Below are positions 16,908 through 26,026 of a DNA stretch of 64,000 nucleotides, in pieces. The position numbers and the translations under genes are program-made. Each line of letters opens with the position of its first letter. Within the stretch, counting starts at the first letter, position 1. Source of the stretch: a virus (lineage: Duplodnaviria > Caudoviricetes); the IMG/VR virus record IMGVR_UViG_3300024346_000005; one strand, 5' to 3'. The notes under the pieces were generated by a model that was not told where the DNA came from, ran no database searches, and was given only the letters and a program-made list of their open reading frames with translations.

Positions 16908-16911
16908 TATT

Positions 16912-17673
16912 ATGGTAGTTCAAATTTTTACTTCAGTAGTAAATCGTCCTGATTTTGTGAGTCTACAAAATAAACTATTCCAAAAGTTTCTTAAAAAAGA
17001 TTATCAGTTTCATATTGTAGACGATTCAATTGATTCTGAGATTTCTGATCAATTTCAGTCAATTTGTTTGGAAAATCAGTTTTCTTATTATAAAAAACCA
17101 GAAAGAAAAAATCCAATGAATCCTGCTCAAGCATGTGCGGATACGGTTCAGTGGACTTATGATAATATCATTAGAAAAAATCATTTAGATGATATTGTTT
17201 TCTTCTGTGATTCTGATTTGTTTTTGATTGATGAATTTAATATTGAGGATTATATGAGTGATGCTATTATTGCAGGACTTCCACAAAAGAGGGGAGAAGT
17301 TACTTATATGTGGAATGGGATAATGTTTTTTAATATGCCTAAGATAACTGATTTGGATATTAATTTTTCTGATGGTGTTGTTGAAGGTGAGATGACCGAT
17401 GTTGGTGGGCATACGTATTATTATTTTAAGAAAAATAATATTGAGATGAAAAAAACTGATGAAGAGTTCCCACTATACCCAACTCATTTTGGGGATATTG
17501 AAATTCAAAATGATGAAGTAACCAAAGGTTATAACTTTGAATTGCATTTAGGTGGTAAGTTCCTTCACTACCGTGCCGCAACTAACTGGCATTCCAACTG
17601 GAGAGATTCTAATGATCCTTTATTTAAAAAAACTGAGATCTTTAATACAATTATAGGGGAACTTTTAAAATGA
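16912..17673 (+). CDS. hypothetical, probable GT-A protein
   Basis: VFFCDSDLFL; glycan island. Confidence 0.55.
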   Translation: MVVQIFTSVVNRPDFVSLQNKLFQKFLKKDYQFHIVDDSIDSEISDQFQSICLENQFSYYKKPERKNPMNPAQACADTVQWTYDNIIRKNHLDDIVFFCDSDLFLIDEFNIEDYMSDAIIAGLPQKRGEVTYMWNGIMFFNMPKITDLDINFSDGVVEGEMTDVGGHTYYYFKKNNIEMKKTDEEFPLYPTHFGDIEIQNDEVTKGYNFELHLGGKFLHYRAATNWHSNWRDSNDPLFKKTEIFNTIIGELLK

Positions 17674-18308
17674 AACATTTTCTAGATCTTGGTGCTCATA
17701 AATTAGAAGGTTTAAAGGAATTTACCGAAAAGTTGAATATTAATAAAGAATGGAATGTTTATTCCTATGAGCCCAATATTTTAGTTCATGAAGAATCTGA
17801 AAAAATTATTGAAACTATAAAAAATAATTATGCATATTTTGAATTTAATAAAAAGGCAGTTATGGATGAAAGTGGAACAATAACCTTTAATGGGCATAAA
17901 GGTGCTTGGAAAGATCAAACTAAATCTGATTTTATGGAGGGATACACTACTGGATCAAATGCTTTAGATACTAATCCATTGATTGATATTGGTAATGGTG
18001 TGATTTTTGATGTTTTTCAATATGATGTTGAATGTGTTGATATTGATGATATCTTAGAGAGTATTTGTAATAAAGATTCTGAGGCAGAGATTTACATTAA
18101 ATGTGATATTGAAGGATCTGAATTTGTAGTTCTTCCTAAAATTATTGAATCTGAATATGTACATTATATCAAAGAGATGTATATTGAATGGCATGAGCGT
18201 ATGTGGTTTCATGAAGGAAATGTGGGAATTATCAATAAACAAAAAGAAAGACAAGTTTATACTTCTAATCTTAAAAAATTAGGAATTAAGTGTTTCGTTC
18301 ATCATTAA
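17670..18308 (+). CDS. FkbM-family methyltransferase
   Basis: FLDLGAH, YSYEPN, IKCDIEGSEF, MYIEWH. Confidence 0.85.
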   Translation: MKHFLDLGAHKLEGLKEFTEKLNINKEWNVYSYEPNILVHEESEKIIETIKNNYAYFEFNKKAVMDESGTITFNGHKGAWKDQTKSDFMEGYTTGSNALDTNPLIDIGNGVIFDVFQYDVECVDIDDILESICNKDSEAEIYIKCDIEGSEFVVLPKIIESEYVHYIKEMYIEWHERMWFHEGNVGIINKQKERQVYTSNLKKLGIKCFVHH

Positions 18309-18309
18309 T

Positions 18310-19101
18310 ATGGATAAAAATAAAGCGGCATATAAATTAAAAAATCTTTCTCCGGTATATTATCTTAATCTTGATGGGCAACCAGAAAGAAAGGAATATA
18401 TGGAAGAGCAGTTTAAGTATTGGGAGATTGAAGATTATACTCGTATCTCTGCGTATGATGGAAGAGAAGATGACCTGAGTGATATTATAAAAGGTCGCTA
18501 TCCTGAGAATATGACCTCTGGTGAGATTGGGTGTACAACTTCTCATCTCAAGGCACTCCAGCACTGGATAGAGACCTCTGACAGTCCTTATGCAGTTATT
18601 ATGGAAGATGATGTGGATTTACAACTTGCCAGATGCTGGAACTTTACCTGGAATGATATTATTGCCAAGGTTCCTTATGATTATGATGTAATTCAACTTG
18701 CCATTATCTGTACTGGTGATTTGCATGTAAAACTTCATAAGAGATTTGTGAATGATTTTTCAACTGCTGCTTATATGATTACTCGTCACCATGCCGAAAA
18801 GATTCTAAGGCATCATGTTCGTGGAGATAAGTATAAGTTAGATAATGGTGTAAAACCCAGAGCAGTTGCGGACGACTTGATTTACAATTCTGGCAATACC
18901 TTTTCTATTCCTCTGTTCCTTTATAAGATTTCTTTAGGTTCTTCTATTCATCCTGAGCACATTGATGTCTTTCATCGTCAGAGTCACGATGGTCTCCTCA
19001 ACTTTTGGGAGAACCAGGGTGCTGATATGACAATTGATGACCTGATGAACTATGACCCTTATCTGGGAAGAATCACAAATCCCTCCCCGCCACCAAGTTA
19101 G
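18310..19101 (+). CDS. GT25 LPS-biosynthesis-type glycosyltransferase
   Basis: YYLNLDGQPERKEYM, GEIGCTTSHL, VIMEDDVD, STAAYMITR. Confidence 0.88.
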   Translation: MDKNKAAYKLKNLSPVYYLNLDGQPERKEYMEEQFKYWEIEDYTRISAYDGREDDLSDIIKGRYPENMTSGEIGCTTSHLKALQHWIETSDSPYAVIMEDDVDLQLARCWNFTWNDIIAKVPYDYDVIQLAIICTGDLHVKLHKRFVNDFSTAAYMITRHHAEKILRHHVRGDKYKLDNGVKPRAVADDLIYNSGNTFSIPLFLYKISLGSSIHPEHIDVFHRQSHDGLLNFWENQGADMTIDDLMNYDPYLGRITNPSPPPS

Positions 19102-19121
19102 GGTCTTCTGACTCGGGGCAC

Positions 19122-19150
19122 TTGACATTGCCCTCCTTTGCCTATATAAT
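19122..19150 (+). promoter_or_regulatory. consensus early promoter for the hli genes
   Basis: TTGACA, 17 nt, TATAAT. Confidence 0.8.
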
Positions 19151-19174
19151 GACATAGTTCTTAATGAAACTACG

Positions 19175-19384
19175 ATGACCGTTACGACCAATGAGCACGG
19201 GCAACAAAACCTGTTCGCAAAGGAACCTGAAATGTATGTGTCTCCAACTGATGCAGAGCGTTATGCACTTGAGACTTATGCAGAGAAGGCAGAAAAAGCA
19301 AATTCAAGATGGGCGATGCTAGGATTTGTTGCCGCAGTTGTTTCTTATGCACTCACAGGACACCTATTCTTTGGTGTAATCTGA
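19175..19384 (+). CDS. hli: high-light-inducible protein
   Basis: AEKANSRWAMLGF chlorophyll-binding helix motif. Confidence 0.9.
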   Translation: MTVTTNEHGQQNLFAKEPEMYVSPTDAERYALETYAEKAEKANSRWAMLGFVAAVVSYALTGHLFFGVI

Positions 19385-19470
19385 TGAACGAACTCATTTT
19401 TACCGTAACGATTATTTCTTTTCTTGTGCTTCTGGCACACTCTATCAATCAACTTTCCGACACTTACTAA
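19384..19470 (+). CDS. 28-aa hydrophobic micro-protein
   Basis: MNELIFTVTIISFLVLLAHSINQLSDTY; TGATG-coupled to hli. Confidence 0.5.
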   Translation: MNELIFTVTIISFLVLLAHSINQLSDTY

Positions 19471-19481
19471 GGAGAAACAAA

Positions 19482-19601
19482 ATGAAATTTGGATTTACTG
19501 AAACTGCCGAACTTTGGAATGGAAGACTTGCTATGCTTGGATTCGTAATTGCTGTAGGTACTTATCTTACCACCGGGCAAATTCTTCCGGGAGTATGGTG
19601 A
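19482..19601 (+). CDS. hli: high-light-inducible protein (39 aa, below the ORF track cutoff)
   Basis: MKFGFTETAELWNGRLAMLGFVIAVGTYLTTGQILPGVW; AGGAG RBS. Confidence 0.92.
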   Translation: MKFGFTETAELWNGRLAMLGFVIAVGTYLTTGQILPGVW

Positions 19602-19691
19602 CTTCTGATATTATCGCAATATTCTGTGGAATACTTATATCGGCAATACTACTAAATGTATTGAAACTCTCAAATAAAAAATAGCAATATC

Positions 19692-19727
19692 AATCCTTCT
19701 TTCTAAATACGGAGAGAAGGATTTTTT
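19692..19727 (+). terminator. terminator hairpin with TAAATA in its loop
   Basis: AATCCTTCTTTC/GAGAGAAGGATT stem plus T run; loop contains TAAATA (19704-19709). Confidence 0.7.
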
Positions 19728-19729
19728 GT

Positions 19730-19891
19730 ATGCCCAGAGGACAATTGACTAAAGAAGAAATGAAGTATCAGGTCCTAAAGTTGAAGCAGAAACTTCAGAA
19801 CGAACAGATTACTTATACCTCAGACCCCAAAGCACTTGCGGACCAATACTTGAATATGGTTCTGGATAAAATTAACGAATATTCCTGCTGA
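19730..19891 (+). CDS. small hypothetical protein (53 aa)
   Basis: Manually translated MPRGQLTKEEMKYQVLKLKQ... Confidence 0.6.
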   Translation: MPRGQLTKEEMKYQVLKLKQKLQNEQITYTSDPKALADQYLNMVLDKINEYSC

Positions 19892-19915
19892 CAAAGGGTT
19901 CTTATTTATACTGTG

Positions 19916-19965
19916 CCAGTTAGGTAATTGGACCTATTGACAGGATTTGCTGACAGTGTTATTAT
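19916..19965 (+). promoter_or_regulatory. psbA promoter with an upstream palindrome
   Basis: CCAGTT-N4-AATTGG, 5 nt, TTGACA (19937-19942), 17 nt, TATTAT (19960-19965). Confidence 0.7.
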
Positions 19966-20019
19966 ATATACATACACGGGGTTAAGAACCGTGTCTTCTC
20001 CAACCGGGATCACGAGAAG

Positions 20020-20100
20020 TAAAGCATCCCTCATATCCACGATAGAGGGTGTCGTGGAGTATACTGTACCCAGTTCGTCCCCCGAACTCATATTTACCCT
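20020..20100 (+). ncRNA. PhotoRC-II-like structured 5' leader of psbA
   Basis: TCCACGAT/GTCGTGGA hairpin with loop AGAGGGT complementary to upstream CCCTC; second hairpin AGTTCG/CGAACT; immediately 5' of psbA. Confidence 0.5.
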
Positions 20101-20109
20101 TTTAATTAA

Positions 20110-22565
<2,456 letters not shown>

Positions 22566-22576
22566 TATAATTGAGA

Positions 22577-22610
22577 GATCCTTTACGGGTCTCTTTTTTT
22601 ATGCTATAAT
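22577..22610 (+). terminator. psbA terminator fused with a promoter
   Basis: GAGATCC/GGGTCTC hairpin plus T7; TTTACG (22582-22587), 17 nt, TATAAT (22605-22610). Confidence 0.7.
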
Positions 22611-22653
22611 GGACTTTAAGATTTTATAAATAGTTAAAAGATTAAACACCATA

Positions 22654-23175
22654 ATGAGAACCACGAAGATTTGTAGAACCTGCACCAAAGAACTTCCCAC
22701 TTCTGATTTTAGAGAAGGTCGTAGAAGGTGCATTAGATGTGAAGAAAAAACCTATGCCGAAAACTGGTCTAATAAAACTCACATTACTTGTAATAAATGT
22801 GGTGTAGAAAAACTAATTTCCGAATACTACAAAGGTCATAAGAGATGTAAGGAATGTTATAGTAAAGATTATAAGGATAAAAAACCTTCTTATGATGATA
22901 AGAAGAATTATATGTTAAAATATACTTATGGTGAAGATTTTGGATTGGAGCAATACAAAAACATCTTACAAGAACAGAATGAAGTATGTGCTATTTGCTT
23001 TAATCCAAATACTAATGGTAGAAAAGATAGTAACAACCTTTATGTAGACCACGACCATAAGACAGGTAAAGTCCGGGGATTACTTTGTAGTAACTGCAAC
23101 AGAATGTTAGGATTGGTTGGAGACAACTTAAATACATTAAGTAGTGCAGTTAAATACCTACAAAAGCACCAATAA
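22654..23175 (+). CDS. endonuclease VII-family free-standing homing endonuclease (F-CphI-like)
   Basis: QNEVCAIC...LYVDHDHKTGKVRGLLCSNCNRMLG Endo VII signature; four N-terminal CxxC; directly downstream of psbA behind TATAAATA (22625). Confidence 0.85.
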   Translation: MRTTKICRTCTKELPTSDFREGRRRCIRCEEKTYAENWSNKTHITCNKCGVEKLISEYYKGHKRCKECYSKDYKDKKPSYDDKKNYMLKYTYGEDFGLEQYKNILQEQNEVCAICFNPNTNGRKDSNNLYVDHDHKTGKVRGLLCSNCNRMLGLVGDNLNTLSSAVKYLQKHQ

Positions 23176-23176
23176 G

Positions 23177-23242
23177 ATGCTAACAATCCTCACAGCCTTC
23201 ATAGCATTCGGAGTGCTCCTCTTTCTAATGTCTCTGATATAA
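23177..23242 (+). CDS. 21-aa hydrophobic micro-protein, copy 1
   Basis: MLTILTAFIAFGVLLFLMSLI; paralog at 24242. Confidence 0.5.
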   Translation: MLTILTAFIAFGVLLFLMSLI

Positions 23243-23272
23243 TAGAATATAAATATCTAAGAAATATAATTT

Positions 23273-24229
23273 TTGATGGAAGAACTTTCAGAATTATTTA
23301 AAATAGTTGCAGAAGAAAATAAAAAGAAAAAACTAGAGATAGAATCTTTAGTTGGTGATTCTTTTGAGACACTTTTTATTGAGCAACTGAAACCCAAAAA
23401 GAAAAAAATTATTCAAAAGAAAATACAAGAACCTCAAATTGTTGAAGTAGTAGAAGTAAAAAAAGATACTTTAATAGAAAAATCATTAGGTTTATTATCT
23501 GAACCATCAGATACTAAACATAAGAATGATCCAATTACACCATTAGATCAAAAGTTTGCCACTTTTGATGATCTTCAGAAACATTACAGCACTTTCCTTT
23601 CTCGTATTCAGCAACAACTCTCTACATTAGGTGGAGGTGGTGAAACTCAAATAAGATACTTGGATGATGTTGTTGGTGTTGCAACCAATTCAAGTAATTA
23701 TAATTCAAAATTTTTACAATGGGATTCTTCATCAAATACAGCAGAATTTGTTAATATCAATTCAGGAAATATTGTTGGTATTGTTACGGGATATTATGGA
23801 AGTTTTTATGATACCACAACACAAAATGCAGTAGGAGTTAATACATATCAACCAGTTACAATCAATACAACTGATATATCAAATCAAGTATCTATCGCAA
23901 ATAGTTCTCATATTGTCGTTGCAAACTCTGGAATATATAATATTCAATTTTCTTTACAAATTGATAAATCACAAGGTTCTCTAGCACATGTTTATATTTG
24001 GTTGAAAAAAAATGGAGTAGATGTTCCAAATAGTGCAACAGAATTAGCAGTTCAAGGAACCAATTCCGAAGTTGTTGCTGCTTGGAACTTTGTAGTATCT
24101 GCTTCTGCAAATGATTATTATGAACTTATGTGGAGTTCTACTGACGATCATATTCAAATCAAAGCAAGGACCGCAAGTGGAGTTGTTCCTGCTATTCCAT
24201 CAATCATTCTCACAGTAGTCTCTGTATAA
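23273..24229 (+). CDS. hypothetical protein: charged coiled-coil N-terminus, GGGG linker, beta-rich (C1q/BclA-C-like) C-terminus
   Basis: LSTLGGGGETQIRYLDDV; SGIYNIQFSLQ...WLKKNG. Confidence 0.6.
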   Translation: MMEELSELFKIVAEENKKKKLEIESLVGDSFETLFIEQLKPKKKKIIQKKIQEPQIVEVVEVKKDTLIEKSLGLLSEPSDTKHKNDPITPLDQKFATFDDLQKHYSTFLSRIQQQLSTLGGGGETQIRYLDDVVGVATNSSNYNSKFLQWDSSSNTAEFVNINSGNIVGIVTGYYGSFYDTTTQNAVGVNTYQPVTINTTDISNQVSIANSSHIVVANSGIYNIQFSLQIDKSQGSLAHVYIWLKKNGVDVPNSATELAVQGTNSEVVAAWNFVVSASANDYYELMWSSTDDHIQIKARTASGVVPAIPSIILTVVSV

Positions 24230-24241
24230 TACACAAGATAA

Positions 24242-24307
24242 ATGCTCACAATCCTCACATCCTTCATAGCATTCGGTATGTTCCTTTTCATAATATCTCT
24301 GCTATGA
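24242..24307 (+). CDS. 21-aa hydrophobic micro-protein, copy 2
   Basis: MLTILTSFIAFGMFLFIISLL; same length and frame as copy 1. Confidence 0.5.
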   Translation: MLTILTSFIAFGMFLFIISLL

Positions 24308-24333
24308 TACATAAGATAAAACCATAACTCTTT

Positions 24334-25035
24334 ATGTACGACGCAACTTTTATCAGTGATATTCACCTAGGAACTCCAAGATGTAATACTGAAAAGTTTC
24401 TAAAATTTCTAAAAGAACTTAAGACTAAGAAATTAGTTTTAGTTGGTGATGTTATTGATATTCATTGTATGGAAAGATATAATACTCGTTGGACCAAAGA
24501 ACATACTGAATGCGTTCATCAAATACTCAATCTCGCAAAGAAAGGAACCGAGATTGTTTATATTCTTGGTAATCACGAAGGTATGCTACGAAGGTATTGT
24601 GACTTTGAGCACAAGAACTTTAAGATGGTTGATGCGTATGTTCATAAGGACTCAAAGGGAAATAAGTTTCTTTGTATTCACGGAGATAAGTATTCGGAGT
24701 ATTCTTCTGGGTCTTGGAAGCAACTGATGTTCAATAAAGGTTATGAATTGATTACACCATTAAGTTTATTTCTGGAAAGATTCTTTCGGTTTTCTTTGGT
24801 TTATGCTCTGAAGAATAGTGTGCGTGGAAAGAATTATATCAATCAATATGAGACCGATATTGCTTCTTATTGTGCCCAAAGAGATAAGAAATATTCTGGT
24901 GTAATCTGTGGGCACATACATTCTGGAAATATTCGTAACTTTGGTAAGGTGATGTATATGTGTTGTGGAGATTGGTGTGATAGCACCTCTGCGATTGTGG
25001 AGAAAAATGGTGTATATTGTTTGGAAAAGTATTGA
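24334..25035 (+). CDS. calcineurin-like metallophosphoesterase, LpxH-like
   Basis: FISDIHLG, LVGDVID, ILGNHE, IHGD, ICGHIH, CCGDW. Confidence 0.85.
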   Translation: MYDATFISDIHLGTPRCNTEKFLKFLKELKTKKLVLVGDVIDIHCMERYNTRWTKEHTECVHQILNLAKKGTEIVYILGNHEGMLRRYCDFEHKNFKMVDAYVHKDSKGNKFLCIHGDKYSEYSSGSWKQLMFNKGYELITPLSLFLERFFRFSLVYALKNSVRGKNYINQYETDIASYCAQRDKKYSGVICGHIHSGNIRNFGKVMYMCCGDWCDSTSAIVEKNGVYCLEKY

Positions 25036-25043
25036 TTATTTCC

Positions 25044-25072
25044 TTTACAAAAACTCATAAATGACCTATAAT
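25044..25072 (+). promoter_or_regulatory. early promoter
   Basis: TTTACA, 17 nt, TATAAT. Confidence 0.65.
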
Positions 25073-25091
25073 AATCAAAAGACTTCAAAAA

Positions 25092-25406
25092 ATGAAAAAG
25101 TATAATACCGAAGATTATTTTTCTGTAATTGATAGAAGAACTGGAAGAAAGATTGTAGATTGTGCCGAGTGGTCAGATGCAATGTTGATGTTTGACCTTG
25201 ATGCACATAATCGCCAAATCACAAGTAATAAGTTTCTGATGGGTCAGGTGATTGATATTGAAATACCCAAAGCACTTCCTACGAATGAAATTGCTATCAA
25301 TACCAAACCTTATCAGGACCATCAATATGAGTGGATGGTTGATAAAATCAATCAACTGCCTCAAATCAAACTTCCAGAAGGTCAACAAAAACCTGTAGTG
25401 GTATGA
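25092..25406 (+). CDS. hypothetical phage protein
   Basis: ORF track; behind the promoter. Confidence 0.7.
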   Translation: MKKYNTEDYFSVIDRRTGRKIVDCAEWSDAMLMFDLDAHNRQITSNKFLMGQVIDIEIPKALPTNEIAINTKPYQDHQYEWMVDKINQLPQIKLPEGQQKPVVV

Positions 25407-25590
25407 TGCAAAATATCAATTGGTTTAATGTTTTCTTTGATTTGTATATCATTTATTGGGGATTCAATTATGGGAGAAATAAGGAAGAATGAATCATAAG
25501 ACAACATTATCAGAACAGTTTAGTTATATTTGGATTTGTTTAAAAGAAACCATCTTAATAACTCTAAATAATCATAAGTCGCAGTAACTT

Positions 25591-25962
25591 ATGGGACCTC
25601 TCCATTCGCCTAAAGAGTATCTGTTTAATCTTTGTACAGCAAGTTCTGGGGATGCTAAACGAATATGGAGAAAAGATATCAAAGAGAGTTGGAATCATAA
25701 GTGTGCCTATTGTGAGTCCGAAGATAATCTTACAATAGATCACATAGTTCCTCAATCAAAAGGTGGATTAGATACTACTACGAATGTAGTGTGCTCTTGT
25801 CATTCTTGTAATCAATCTAAGGGGCACGAGCACTGGAAACTATGGTATGTACAGCAAGATTTTTATAGTGAAGAACGATTTGATAAAATAGAAAATTGGA
25901 TGAAACCTCCATTGCCAACTAATCTTTATTCTTATCGTCCAAGAAAAAATAATGCCTCATAA
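25591..25962 (+). CDS. HNH endonuclease
   Basis: CAYC...LTIDHIVPQSKGG...NVVCSCHSCNQSK. Confidence 0.88.
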   Translation: MGPLHSPKEYLFNLCTASSGDAKRIWRKDIKESWNHKCAYCESEDNLTIDHIVPQSKGGLDTTTNVVCSCHSCNQSKGHEHWKLWYVQQDFYSEERFDKIENWMKPPLPTNLYSYRPRKNNAS

Positions 25963-25967
25963 GGTTT

Positions 25968-26013
25968 TATAAATAACTCCAAGACAGTATATACTGTCTA
26001 ATTTTGATAAATA
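25968..26013 (+). promoter_or_regulatory. tandem late promoters flanking a perfect 18-bp palindrome
   Basis: TATAAATA (25968), AGACAGTATATACTGTCT (25982-25999), GATAAATA (26006). Confidence 0.6.
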
Positions 26014-26026
26014 CCGATTGCGATAA

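Noticed and set aside
23177-23242. Micro-peptide as a PetL or other photosynthetic subunit
   Set aside because: Only the MLTI start and hydrophobicity are shared, which is too little to assign.
22566-25962. psbD next to psbA
   Set aside because: No D2-like sequence is visible in the window.
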